Shown: positions 13,232 through 26,132 of the stretch, in pieces
Position numbering within the stretch: position 1 is the stretch's first letter
How the letters are laid out: every line of letters starts with the position of its first letter
Source: Malacoraja senta
Taxonomy: Eukaryota
Direction: 5' to 3'
DNA length: 64,000 bases
Assembly (NCBI GenBank): GCA_038087875.1
Contig: JAXLNO010000298.1
Span: 1-64,000 of the forward strand
Translations under genes and position numbers: made by a program
The notes under the pieces: generated by a model
The model's input: only the letters and a program-made list of their open reading frames with translations
Databases searched by the model: none
Told to the model about the DNA's origin: nothing

Positions 13232-13700
13232 ATCACATAAGTGATAGGACCAGAATTAGACCATTCGGCCCATCAAGTGTAGGCGATTTAATCATGCCTG
13301 ATCTATCTCTCCCTCCTAACCCCATTTCTCCTGCCTTCTCCACATAACCCCTGACACCGTACTAATCCAGAATCTGTCACTGCCTCAACACTCCATTGAC
13401 TTGGCCTCCACTACCTTCTGAGGCAAAAAAAATCCACAGATTCACCACCCTCTGACTAAAGAAATTCCACCTCGTCTCCTTCCTAAAGGAAAGTCCTTTA
13501 ATTCTGAGCCTATCACCACTGGTCCTAGACTCTCCCACTAGTGGAAACATCCTCTCCACATCCACTTTATCCAAGCCTCACTATTCGGTAAGTTTCAATG
13601 AGATCCCTCCCTCATCCTAAACTCCAGCGAGTTCAAGCTCAGTGAATGTTAACCCACTCATTCCTGGGATCATTCTCGTAAACCTCTGGACCCTCTCCTC
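13232..13700 (-). mobile_element. CR1 LINE 3' fragment
   Basis: Minus-strand translation ...RMFPLVGESRTSGDRLRIKGLSFRKETRWNFFSQRVVNLW (CR1 ORF2 C-terminus) plus 3' UTR. Confidence 0.85.
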
Positions 13701-14741
13701 CCCCACACCACTGGGTGCTGTTGATCGCACTGTGAGGATTAGATTGTATATAATTAGGAGTTTTATTGTTGACAGAAACTTTGCCCCAAAAGTGTATTCC
13801 AAGTCTCTAAAGTGTCTCGACTTGTAATGGTTCCATACTTGGAGTGCAATGCAGGATGTATTCTTAAAGTTGAATCAAATTGTTTTATTAGTAGAAAGTG
13901 CTGCCAATACATCATGAGGGTCAATGTACTGCAGCCAACTCAATCACAGGAGGCAAGATCCGACCCAGGTAAATATAAATGCTGCCTAACCTGCTGAATG
14001 GGGTTAGGAGGGAGAGATAGATCAGCCATGGTAGACTTGATGGGCCAAATGGCCTAATTCTGCTCCAATCACTTATGAACGTACGAAGGGCCTGTTTCCA
14101 TGCTGTATCTCTAAATTATTTTTCAGCAAACCCTTGTAACAAGTCTATTGGAAAATAGGTGGACAGTCTGAAGAAGGGTCTCAACCCAAAACGTCGCCTA
14201 TCTATGTTCATAGAAACATAGAAAGAAACATAGAAAAATGTTCTCCAGAGGCACTGCCTGATCTGCTGAATTACTCCAGCACTTTGTGTCCTTTAGTGAT
14301 GGGCAGTAATCTTCTCTCCATCGCAGCATTGGGATAGAGATTTCAGCACAAATATCAGGATAGTTAATGAAATGAGGTGTTCATTGGCAGAATGGGAACC
14401 CATTATCTTCTGAGCTGTCATAGAGTCTGCAGTGTGGAAACAGGCCCTTTGGCCCAAATTGCTCACGTTGACCAACATGCCCCATCTATGCTAGTCCCAT
14501 CTGCCTTTGGTCCAGATCCCTCAACCTGTACTGTCCATGTGGTTTTCAAATGTTGCGATAGTTCCTGCCACAACTACCGCTGTAGTTACAGCTGTAACTA
14601 AACTAAGGACGGCACCTCGTATTTCACGCATGTTTGCTGTTTAAGACTTGATAGATTGCTATGCTTTTCATCTCGGGAGGTACCAAAGCCGAGCATCGGT
14701 CACCCAATAATCACGTACTCCTGGCAGGAGTTATCCTCGGT

Positions 14742-14770
14742 CTGAAGAGGGGGTCCCGACCTGAAACGTC
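14742..14770 (+). ncRNA. Minimal type-I hammerhead-ribozyme-like core in a Penelope-derived repeat
   Basis: CTGAAGA-GGGGGTCCCGACCT-GAAA-CGTC: CUGANGA box, GGUC/GACC stem II, GAAA box, GUC cleavage triplet with palindromic ACGU stem III; stem I is only about 3 bp. Confidence 0.45.
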
Positions 14771-15580
14771 ACCCATTCCTTTTCTCCAGAGATGCTGCCT
14801 GACCCGCTGAATTACTCCAGCATTTTGTGTCTATCTTCAGATACTGAACAGAGTTCTGATGGGGGAAATCAGAGGACAGTGGAGGCCGGTTCTCTGGAAA
14901 CTTTCAAGAGAGAGCTAGATAGGGCTCTTGAAGATACTGAACAGAGTTCTGATGGGGGAAATCCTGGGTGATTTTTCCCACCCTTCTCCCAGGGCACTGA
15001 GTCCAACTGTTGAAGCATGACTGGGATCAATTGATTTAGCACAGACTGCAGCTGCAGCAGAGCTGGGACATTCTGATCATTCAGTTCAACATTTGATAAA
15101 CACGAGAGAGAGAGTGAGTGGGAAAGTCAGTGCGACAATTACTTTGCAGCCAATACAATTGTCAAGAATGTAACATCCGACTCTTCTGAATGAAGGAATT
15201 TATGTTAAAGCATCGTTCCACATATATCTTGCACTATCTTATCCCGAGTAGCCACTGTTCTCGAGAGTTGACAGAGCGTGAGCAGATAGTCATATCCCTA
15301 TTGTTTGGCACAAATGTATAAATGTTTGTCTATACAATATACCCTCAGATCAAGAACAAATGATCTGGCTGATAACCACAAGAGATAAAGTCTTGAGTAA
15401 ATTGTATCCTGTTTCAATTCAGATGCAAACTTGCTAGTTCGTGAAGTTACTTTATTTCAATCAATGGTACTTTATTGTCACATATACTGAGGTAGAGTGA
15501 AATTCTTTTTTTGCATACAGTTCAGTACAAGTATTACTAAACATAAGCACATCTTGGATTCACTGCAGTATACAAGAGTC

Positions 15581-15760
15581 AATAGACAATAGGTGCAGGA
15601 GTAGGCCAATCGGCCCATCGAGCCAGCACTGCCATTCACTGTGATCATGGCTGATCATCCACAATCAGTACCCTGTTCCTCCCTTCACTCCTCTGTTTTT
15701 AAGAGATCTATCTAATTCTCTCTTGAAAGCCAGAGAATTGGCCTCCACTGCCTTCTGAAT
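15581..15760 (-). mobile_element. CR1 LINE 3' tail
   Basis: AATAGACAATAGGTGCAGGAGTAGGCC...GATCATGGCTGATCATCCACAATCAGTACC is the reverse complement of the CR1 3' UTR. Confidence 0.8.
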
Positions 15761-16560
15761 TGACCTCCACTGTCAGATGACCAACCTGAACAAGTTCTAC
15801 TGCAGGTTCGATAAACAGAAACTTAACCCTGGTACCCCCTCCCCACCCACTCCCCAATCACCACTTCACACCTACTTACAGCCTGACTCCAGTCTGCAAA
15901 GACTAGGCCATTCCCCACCTACCCCTCTCCAATCACCACTTAACACCCACTTACATCCTAACTCCAGTCTGCAAAGATTGGGCCCTCGTCCACTACCCGC
16001 CTCCTCCGTGCTGCCCAACATCAGTCTGGCCACTTCTCCATCACCAACAATAGAAATTGAGGAGGTGGAGAACAACTGGCACTGGTCTACACAGACATTT
16101 TCAACCAGTTCCTGCAAACCTGTACTGTCCCTGTCTGCTTCAAAGTCCCTACTATTGTCCCTGTACCCAAAAAGACAAGGATTACTGGTCTTAATGACTA
16201 CAGGCCTGTCGCACTGACTCTCTGTAGTCATGAAGACCCTTGAAAGACTTGCTGGCCCAGCTGAAAAAATATCACAAACCCCTGCTGGACCCTCTCCAGT
16301 TTGCTTACCGGGCCAATAGATCTGTGGATGACGCAGTCAACCTAGGTCTGTACTTCATCCTCCAGCACAGGATATGCAAGGATTTTGTTTGTGGATTTTA
16401 GCTCTGTATTCAACACCATTGTGCCAGAGCAACTACACTCCAAACTCTCCAACTTGACTGTGCCTGAACCCCTCTGTCAGTGGATCACCAACATCCTGGT
16501 AGACAGGAAGCAGCATGTGAGGCTGGGAAAGTACATTTTAAACCCGCAGATCCTCACCAT
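15761..16560 (+). mobile_element. Rex1/Babar LINE ORF2 fragment (RT N-terminal part, frameshifted)
   Basis: Motifs LNKFYCRFD, LDPLQFAYRANRSVDDAV and FVDFSSVFNTIVP...WITNILVDRKQHVR across frames. Confidence 0.8.
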
Positions 16561-16562
16561 AG

Positions 16563-17489
16563 AAGCAATAGACAATACGTGCAGGAGTAGGCCATTCAGC
16601 CCTTCGAGCCAGCATCGCATTTCAATGTGATCATGGCTGATCTTCCACAATCAGTACCCCATTCCTGCCTTCTTCCCATATCCCCTGACTCCACTATCTT
16701 TAAGAGCTCTATCTAACTCTCTTGAAAGCATCCAGAGAACTGGCCTCCACCACCTTCTGAGGCAGAGAATTCCACAGACTCACAACTCTCTGTGTGAAAA
16801 AGTGTTTCCTCATCTCCGTTCTAAATGGCTTACCCCTTATTCTTAAACTGTGGCCTCTGGTTCTGGACTCTCCCAAAATCAGGAACATGTTTCCTGCCTC
16901 CAGGGTGTCCAAACCCTTAATAATCTTATGTTTCAATAAGATCCCCTCTCATCCTTCTAAATTCCAGAATATACAAGCCCAGCCGCTCCATTCTATCAAC
17001 ATATGACAGTCCTGCCATCCCGGGAATTAATCTCGTGAACCTACGCTGCACTCCCTCAATAGCAAGAATGCCCTTCCTCAAATTTGGAGACCAAAACTGC
17101 ACACAATACTCCAGGTATGGTCTCACTAGGGCCCTGTACAAGTGCAGAAGAACCTCTTTGCTCCTATATGCTTCTTATGAAGGCCAACATGCCATTCGCT
17201 TTCTTCACTGCCTGCTGTACCTGCATGCTTACTTTCAGTGACTGATGAACAAGGGCCCCCAGATCTCGTTGTACTTCCCCTTTTCCCAACTTGACACCAT
17301 TCAGATAATAATCTGCCTTCCTGTTTTTGCCACCAAAGTGGATAACCTCACATTTATCCACATTAAACTGCATCTGCCATGCATCTGCCCACTCACCGAA
17401 CCTGTCCAAGTCACCCTGCATCCTCATAGCATCCTCCTCACAGTTCACACTGCCACCCAGCTTTGTGTCATCTGCAAATTTGCTAATGA
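16563..17489 (-). mobile_element. CR1 LINE 3' ~0.9 kb (decayed RT C-terminal half)
   Basis: Minus-strand ORFs ...QGDLDRFGEWADAWQMQFNVDKCEVIHFG, LVRPYLEYCVQFWSP, RTRGHSLRIRG...FFTQRVV; starts at KFADDTKLGG. Confidence 0.9.
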
Positions 17490-18539
17490 TTCTCCAGGTT
17501 TGGTGCCATTTTCAAGTTGCAGTTGTAAGTGCAGAGTTCTTAACCTGGCCATGAAGGCCTGTTGCACTGGTGGCATTGCTGGGTTGGTCTGGCCAAGCGT
17601 AGCCGGTGGTGTCCTCCACTGCTCTTTGCAGCTGCAGCTCATATCCGGTGCACACGCTTGGCCTCTTCGAGCGGTGCCTGATCCAGCCGAGCCCCAGGCT
17701 GCTGCAAGGCCTCCAGCACCTTCTCCTGCTACCATTCACAGCCCAGCTGCTTCCCATAGCTAGTCTCTTTCAAATTGAGTATTTTAAATGCTGCATTATA
17801 GTTTAGTTTATTGTCACGCGTACCGAGGTACAGTGAAAAGCTTTTGTTGCGTGTTAACCAGTCAGTGGAAAGACTATGCATGATTACAATCGAGCCATCC
17901 ACAGTGTACAGATAAATGATAAAGGGAATAGCAGAGTTGAAGTAAGAAATGTTGGAGTGGAGCGATTGTAATGCATGATTGTAGATCCACTTTTGTGACC
18001 AATCACCTGGCTTGAACACTATCTTGGATCAGATTTAGGCTTCTCAATGTGCAATTATAATTTCAATTTAAAGGAAACAAATGCATTTCCAATCTGAACA
18101 CTAACTCAGACTTTAGAATTGTAAACAATAGCAGTCACATGTTTTATTTTTCAACCCATCTGTATTTTGGAACCATATACATTTATTACAGGCAGTCTTA
18201 CATTTATTCCATTAACAATGTTTGCAGACGAAGAGTGGTAATGAGAAAGGCACCTGAGATATCAATTGTATTCATTGATTTTATCTTAATCCCAGCGCCA
18301 TTAATATTACTTGAATTATAAAAAAGCAAGCTCCTTCAATTGACATTAGCATGATCCACAATGTGAAAGTGAAGCGTATAGAATCAGATCTGATGTCTGT
18401 TTTAGCTTGGTCTCAAGAAACAGTGGAAACAGGCCTTTCGTCCCACTGACTCCATGCCAACCATTGATCACCCGCTCACACTACTTCTATGTTATCCCAC
18501 TTTTTCATCTCCTCCCTACACATATAGTCATAGAGTCAA

Positions 18540-18770
18540 ACAGAGAGTTGTGAGTCTGTGGAATTCTCTGCCTCAGAGGACGGTGGAGGCCGGTTCTCTG
18601 GAAACTTTCAAGAGAGAGCTAGATAGGGCTCTTGAAGATAGTGGAGTCAGGGGATATGGGGAGAAGGCAGGAACGGGGTACTGATTGTGGATGATCAGCC
18701 ATGATCAAATTGAATGCGTGGTGCTGGCTTGAGGGGCCGTATAGCCTACTCCTGCACCTATTGTCTATTG
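18540..18770 (+). mobile_element. CR1 LINE 3' end
   Basis: QRVVSLWNSLPQRTVEAGSLETFKRELD...GYGEKAGTGY* plus 3' UTR ending CTATTGTCTATTG. Confidence 0.85.
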
Positions 18771-19054
18771 AAACAGGCCCTTCAGCCCAACTTGCCCATG
18801 CCAACCAACATGTCCCTTCCACACCAGTCCCACATGCCTGCTTTTGGCCCATATTCTTCTAAACCTATCTTATCCATGTGTCCAAATGTTTTTTAAATGT
18901 TTTAAACATTAGGGGCAATTGTACAGAGGCCAATTAACCTACAGACCCACATGTGTTTGGGATGTGGGAGGAAGCTGGATCACCACGTGGTCATTGGGAG
19001 AATGTGCACACTCCACACATATAGCGACTGAGGTCAGGATCAAACCTGGGTCTC

Positions 19055-20845
19055 TTGCAGTCAGAAACGGGTGAATTGATCATGGGGAACAAGGATATGG
19101 CAAGCCAATTGAATAACTACTTTGGTTCTGTCTTCACTAAGGAAGACATAAATAATCTGCCGGAAATAGCAGGGGACCGGGGGTCAAATGAGATGGAGGA
19201 ACTGAGTGAAATCCAGGTTAGCCGGGAAGTGGTGTTAGGTAAATTGAATGGATTAAAGGCCGATAAATCTCCAGGGCCAGACAGGCTGCATCCCAGAGTA
19301 CTTAAGGAAGTAGCCCCAGAAATAGTGGATGCATTAGTGATGATTTTTCAGAACTCTTTAGATTCTGGAGTAGTTCCTGAGGATTGGAGAGTAGCTAATG
19401 TAACCACACTTTTTAAAAAGGGAGGGAGAGAGAAAACGGGGAATTACAGACCAGTTAGTCTAACATCGGTAGTGGGGAAAATGCTAGAGTCAGTTATTAA
19501 AGATGGGATAGCAGCACATTTGGAAAGTGGTGAAATCATTGGACAAAGTCAGCATGGATTTAGGAAAGGTAAATCATGTCTGACGAATCTTATAGAATTT
19601 TTCGAGGATGTAACTAGTAGAGTGGATAAGGGAGAACCAGTGGATGTGTTATATCTGGACTTTCAGAAGGCTTTCGACAAGGTCCCACATAAGAGATTAG
19701 TATGCAAACTTAAAGCACATGGTATTGGGGGTTCAGTATTGATGTGGATAGAGAACTGGCTGGCAGACAGGAAGCAAAGAGTTGGAGTAAATGGGTCCTT
19801 TTCAGAATGGCAGGCAGTGACTAGTGGGGTACCGCAAGGCTCAGTGCTGGGACCCCAGCTATTTACAATATATATTAATGAGCTGGATGAGGGAATTGAA
19901 TGCAACATCTCCAAGTTTGCGGATGACACGAAGCTGGGGTGCAGTGTTAGCTGTGAGGAGGATGCTAGGAGGCTGCAAGGTGACTTGGATAGGTTGGGTG
20001 AGTGGGCAAATGCATGGCAGATGCAGTATAATGTGGATACATGTGAGGTTATCCACTTTGGTGGCAAAAACAGGAAAGTAGACTATTATCTGAATGGTGG
20101 CCGATTAGGAAAAGGGGAGATGCAACGAGGTCTGGGTGTCATGGTACACCAGTCATTGAAAGTAGGCATGCAGGTGCAGCAGGCAGTGAAGAAAGCGAAT
20201 GGTATGTTAGCATTCATAGCAAAAGGATTTGAGTATAAGAGCAGGGAGGTTCTACTGCAGTTGTACAGGGTCTTGGTGAGGCCACACCTGGAGTATTGCG
20301 TACAGTTTTGGTCACCAAATCTGAGGAAAGACATTCTTGCCATAGAGGGAGTACAGAGAAGGTTCACCAGACTGATTCCTGGGATGGCAGGACTTTCATA
20401 TGAAGAAAGACTGGATAGACTCGGCTTGTACTCGCTAGAATTTAGAAGATTGAGGGGGGATCTTATAGAAACGTACAAGATTCTTAAGGGGTTGGACAGG
20501 CTAGATGCAGGAAGATTGTTCCCAATGTTGGGGAAGTCCAGAACAAGGGGTCACAGTTTAAGGATAAGGGGGAAGTCTTTTAGGACCGAGATGAGAAAAT
20601 CATTTTTCACACAGAGAGTGGTGAATCTGTGGAATTCTCTGCCACAGAAGGTAGTTGAGGCCAGTTCATTGGCTATATTTAAGAGGGAGTTAGATGTGGC
20701 CCTTGTGGCTAAAGGGATCAGGGGGTATGGAGAGAAGGCAGGTACAGGATACTGAGTTGGATGATCAGCCATGATCATATTGAATGGCGGTGCAGGCTCG
20801 AAGGGCCGAATGGCCTACTCCTGCACCTATTTTCTATGTTTCTAT
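19055..20845 (+). mobile_element. Young 5'-truncated CR1 LINE with uninterrupted ORF2 segment (566 aa, full RT domain), inserted into a V-SINE
   Basis: ORF 19055-20755 with NYRPVSLTS, QHGF, YLDFQKAFDKV, GVPQGSVLGP and KFADD; 3' UTR with TTTCTATG tail; candidate TSD GTCTC at 19050-19054 and 20846-20850; minus-strand SINE halves on both sides. Confidence 0.95.
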
Positions 20846-20980
20846 GTCTCCGTCACTGTGAGGCAGCAGCTCTACCAGCTGCATGTTAATTTTTTACGCG
20901 TAGTTTTACCACTGATTTGGTCAAAGGGTTTTTCTCCTAAAACCTCACTTGGGTGCCGAAGCAGAGTTAAGTTAGGGAAT

Positions 20981-21092
20981 GCTATCCAGAGACCTGGGTT
21001 ATTGAGCTATCCAGAGACCTGGGTTATTGAGCTATCCACAGACCTGGGTTATTGAGCTATCCACAGACCTGGGTTATTGAGCTATCCACAGA
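20981..21092. repeat. 25-bp tandem repeat (4.5 copies)
   Basis: GCTATCCA(G/C)AGACCTGGGTTATTGA starting at 20981, 21006, 21031 and 21056; partial copy at 21081. Confidence 0.95.
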
Positions 21093-21439
21093 TGCTGCTT
21101 GTCCTGCTGAGTTACTCCAGAATTTTGTGTCCATCTTATTGAACTTGAATCTCACCACAGCCACTGGGGGAATTTAAGTTGAGCTGGAATACTAATGAAG
21201 ACCATGAAACCACAGTGACAATGCATTTGATTCGCTGATATACTTCACTGGCATTAATGAATTAAATCAGTCACAGCTAGATATTCTTTATCATATGGTC
21301 CATATGTGGCAGAGTTGCTGATGGAGCTGCTGCCTCATGGGTTCGATCCTGACCTGGGGTGCTGTCTATGTGGAGTTTGCATGTTCTCCTGGTGTGTAGA
21401 GTCAATGAGGAAGTGGGAATGATTTTGAATTGGTGTGAA

Positions 21440-21755
21440 GATAGACACAAAATGCTGGAGTAAGTCAGCGGGTCAGGCGGCATCTCTGGAGAAAAGGAAT
21501 CGGCGACGTTTCGGGTTGAGACCTTTCTTTAGACTGAGAGGCAGGGGAGAGGGGAAAGAGGTATGAAAAGGTACAGAACAAATCGGAGCCGGCACCGATG
21601 ATTCAGGAAAGGTGGAGCCCATAATGGTCCATTGTTGACTGTGGATTAGGTGATAACAAAGGGGTGCGAACGGTGAAACGAGCAAGACAGCTGGGGTGGG
21701 AGGGATGGAGGGAAGGAATGTAAGGGTAACTTGAAATTAGAGAAATCAATATTCA
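21440..21755 (-). mobile_element. Penelope-like element 3' terminal fragment
   Basis: Terminal module AGACACAAAATGCTGGAGTAAG...GACGTTTCGGGTTGAGACC and TTGAAATTAGAGAAATCAATATTC, matching the end of the GIY-YIG region at 41950-41970. Confidence 0.7.
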
Positions 21756-23674
21756 GAATTGGTGTGAGTGGTCGAACATGGACTCGATGGGCTGAAGGGC
21801 CTGTTTCCATGCTGTATCTCTAAACTAAACTAAAGTCTATATGTATCTCCAGTTAAACACAAACTTCCTCGGATGATCTAGAGGACTATGCAAGTCCAAG
21901 GGCAATTTGGTTTGTATAATAAAATAAAATAAAGGAATCTAAGCACCGACCACGTGGGAACAGGCACCAGTGACGATGAAAGCAGGAGAAAAAAATAACT
22001 GGATGAAAAATTAATACTACCAACTATGGAATAAGAAATATAAATCAATGAAAGATCGATGATTACCCTTCCATGTCTCTGACCCCCTCTCCCCTGACTC
22101 AGTTTGAAGAAGGGTCAACCAGAAACATCGCCCATTCCTTCTCTCCTTTGTTACTCCAACACTTTGTGTGTATCTACAGTTGAATGATATATCAGAGGGT
22201 TATATTGTACATCAATCGTGACAATGAAGAGTCACACTTTGCCATTGATTGCTACAGATGAGAGTTTATAATTGTTTAACCTTTCCACATCAGCGGCATA
22301 CAACAACCTCAACCTGTGTACATATTAATTTTGAATAAAAAAATGGTTTAGGCAATGACAGACTTCAAATAAGTGGGAAGATGGGAGAAGCTGAGATAGT
22401 TATTATTAGACACAAAAAGCTGGAGTAACTCAGCAGAGATATATATCCACTATCTTTTGATAGTTCTATATCAAAAGCTGGAGTAACTTCACTCTTCAGT
22501 CTGAAGAAGGGTTTCGACCCGAAACCCATTCCTTTTCTCCAGAGAAGCTGCCTGTCCCGCTGAGTTACTTCAGCTTATTGTGTCTATCATTGGTTTAAAC
22601 CAGCATTTGCAGTTCCTTCCTGCACGTAGTTATTATTAGAATGGGGAAGGTTAAGGAGTGATTTGATTGCCATGTTCAAATGATGGAGGATTTAATAAGG
22701 GGGAACATTTTGGTGCCAAAGTACTTGGTAATCAAAGGGCACTGGTTTTATATTCCAAGGAGCCAGAAGTGAAATTGGACTTTTTTTTCATTTTATGTAG
22801 TGAGTTATCGTGACCTGCAATGTACTGCCTGAAAGAATAGAGGCAGGAGATTCAAAAGCAACTATGTCAAATTCATTAGTTTAGTTTAGTGATACAATGC
22901 GGAAACAAGCCCACTGAGTCCGCGCCGATCTGCGATCCTCGCATATTAACACTATCCTACACACACTAGGGACAATTTTACAATTTTTGCCAGGCCGATT
23001 AATCTACAAACCTGCACGTCTTTGGAATGTGGGAGGAAACCGGTGCACCCGGAGAAAACCCGCGCATGGTGAAAAGCTTTGTTTTGCATGCTATTCAATC
23101 AGATCAGATTATACTGTGCATAAATACAATCAAGTCAAACTCAAGAACAATATGATAGAACAAAGGCAAAGATACAGAGTGCACAGTACAGTTCTCAGCA
23201 TTGTCGCAAATCAGTACCAAAGGCAAAGCCCAATGTCCGCAATGGAACAGAGGTGAATTGGTCAGGACCCTAGCTTATGGGAGGACCATTCAGAAGCCTA
23301 ACAACAGAGGGGAAGAAGCTGTTCCAGATGATGATAATACTTTCTTGAGTCTGGTGGTGCACGCTTTCAAGCTTCTAACTTCTACCTGGAGAAGGAATGA
23401 CCAGGATGGGACAAGACTTTAAATATTTTGGTAGCTTTTCTGTGGCAGCGTAAAGTGTAGATGGAGTCCATGGTGGCGAGTCTTGACTGGGTTACACCTG
23501 AGGTCAGATTTAAGGAAACGAGAGACACAAGGAACTGCATATGCTAGAATCTTGAGCATATAAATGGCTGCAGTAATTCAGGCAGCATCTGTGGAGGCAA
23601 TGGACAGGCGACAATTTGGGTTCAGGATCCTCCGAATCGTCACCTCTCCATTCCCTCCACAGATGCTGCCTGAC

Positions 23675-24489
23675 CACAAGTTTGCTGATGACACTGTGGT
23701 GGTGGGCCAGATCTCCGATAACGATGAGAAGGCCTACCGGGAGGAGGTGGCTGATCTGGCACTCTGGTGTCAGAACAACAGCCTCCTCTTGAATGTCACA
23801 AAAACTAAGGAGCTGATTGCACAACATCTGAGGACGTACACGCCACTGGAGATAAACGTGACTACTGTGGATAGGGTGAGCTGCTTTAAATACCTGGGAA
23901 TCCACATCACAGAAGATCTGACATGGACAACATACACTGCCGCACTGGTGAGTAAGGCAAGGCAGCACCTTTACCACCTCAGGCAGCTGAGGAAATTCAG
24001 AGTCTCTCTGAGGATCCTTCAGTGCTTCCACTCTGGGGCTGTAGAAAGCATCTTGTCCAGCAACATCACAGTCTGGTTTGGGAACTGCTCTGCCCAGGAC
24101 AGGAAGGCTCTGCAGAGAGTATTGCGATCGGCCAAACGTACTATGGGAACTACACTCACCCCCCTGCAGGACCTATACACCAGGAGGTGCAGATCCAGAA
24201 CCAGCAACATTATGGGGGACCCCTACCACCCCAGCAACGGACTTCCAGCTGCTACAGTCAGGCAAACGCCTCCGCTGTCATGCTGTGAAAACAGAGAGGA
24301 TGAGACGGAGTTTCTTCCCACAGGCCATCAGGACTGTAAACTCTTCTCACCAGGGACTAATTTACTGTACTAATTTACTGTTGTGTATTGTCTTTTGTAA
24401 AAATTTCTTTTCTAGCATGTAAATACTGATTCTGTTCTGTTGTTTTGTACAGTCCGTAGGCATTGCCAATAAAGTTGACTTGACTTGAC
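23675..24489 (+). mobile_element. Rex1/Babar LINE 3' end
   Basis: KFADDTVVVGQISDNDEKAYREEV, FKYLGIHITEDLTW and ESILSSNITVWFGNC; ends AATAAAG(TTGAC)n; inserted in a Penelope repeat. Confidence 0.9.
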
Positions 24490-24689
24490 CCATTGAGTTA
24501 CCCCAACACTTTGTCTTTTGTTTAATGGACGGGGACAAGATGAGAACATTCCTCCAAAATAACAATAAAAAATAGAAACACATTCACGTTATGGGTGTTT
24601 AGTATAAAATGTGTCATTTAATACACACAGTGCGTGGCATTTTGTTTTTAAATCTTGTCCACTTTAGCATCTCGGGGATATAAATTTCA

Positions 24690-25065
24690 TAAATTCATGT
24701 TATAGGAGCAAGATTAGGCCATTCGGCCCATCAACAGGCCATTCAATCATGGCTGATCTATATTTCCTTCTCAACCCCATTCTCCTGCCTTCTGATAATT
24801 CCTGACATTCAAAATAATCAAGATTCTGCTAATATCCTTAAAAATATCCATTGACTTGGCCTCCACAGCCATCTGTGGCAATGGAGTCTACAAATTCACC
24901 ACCCTCTGACTAAAGAAATTCCTCCTCATCTACTTTCTCAAGTTATGTCCTTTTATTCTGAGGCTATGGCCTCTGGTCCTAGACTCTCCCACTAGTGGAA
25001 ACATCCATATCCACTATCCAGGCTTTTCTCTATTCGGTAAGTTGCAAAGTTCCTCCCTCATCCAT
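24690..25065 (-). mobile_element. CR1 LINE 3' fragment
   Basis: Same sequence family as 13232-13700. Confidence 0.75.
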
Positions 25066-25569
25066 ATATTTTAGATAATTAAAGAAATATTTATAAAACA
25101 GGCACCATCTTTATTGTTGAAGGTGGTTTGGAATTGGCCTTGTGAAAAGTTTTTAATACCACATTGTAATGCTATGATGTTGTGTTACTTGAAACCTGTG
25201 ATTTTTTTCTCTAGAATCATATCATTTTACAATGGCAAGTGCCACATTAAGATGTGAGCTCGTACACAATAATTTCTGGGTGGATTTCAGAGGGTTGGCA
25301 ACAGTAAATCAGCAAAACATGAGTAGTTGCAATGTGATCTTGTTGTGATAGATTATGAGCCTCTACATTGTTGATCAAGATAGATGCTTGGTTATAAAAA
25401 AAAGCTAAAGATGCTGCGAGACCTGTAAACAAACAAAATCATTTACATTTACCTTGTGTCTTTCATGACATCGGAAAGTCCCCAAATTCTTTACAGCTAA
25501 GGTAATCACTTTTGCAACATAGATACTATTATATTGCAATATAGACACTTCTACTATATCCTTTCCATT

Positions 25570-25862
25570 GCAGCGCCAGAGACTCGGGTTCGATCCTGAC
25601 TACAGATGCTGATTGTAGGGAGTTTGTCCGTTCTACCTGTGACCGCGTGGGTTTTTTCCAGGTACTCTAGTTTCATCCCACATCCCAAAGACGTGCAGGT
25701 TTGTAAGTTAATTAGCTGCTGTAAATTACCCCTAGTGTGCAGGGTGAGAGATTGGGAGGACATAGAACTAGAATACAGGTGAACGATGGTCAGCACAGAC
25801 TCGATGGACTGAAGGGCCTGTTTTCATGCTGTATTTCTAAACTAAACTAAATTAAACTAAAC
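25570..25862 (+). mobile_element. HE1-like V-SINE
   Basis: CAGCGCCAGAGACTCGGGTTCGATCC, V domain, (CTAAA)n tail. Confidence 0.85.
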
Positions 25863-26132
25863 TACTGTAGAGAAATACATTTGAAGACGGAACATGACCT
25901 TAAATGTCGCTTGTCCATTCCCTCCACAGATGCTGCCTGACCCACTGAGTTCTTCCTGTACTCTGTTTCTTGCTCAAATTGCATCTACCAATTCACCTAT
26001 AAAATGGTCCCACAAACAGCAAAGAGATCACAACCAGGAAATCTCATTGTGAGATCAGAGCACACTAATGCCTCTACTTCGTTGGAAGTTTTAAGAAGTT
26101 CGGCATGTGCTCAACAACTCTTTTACATTGAA

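Larger units (their letters stand above)
15455..17760 (-). mobile_element. GC-rich non-autonomous Rex/Babar-tailed element, split by nested LINEs (pieces 15455-15580 and 17490-17760)
   Basis: Both pieces match the reverse complement of the uninterrupted copy at 38620-39135 and join across GAGTC|...|TCTCCAGGTTTGGTGCC. Confidence 0.6.
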
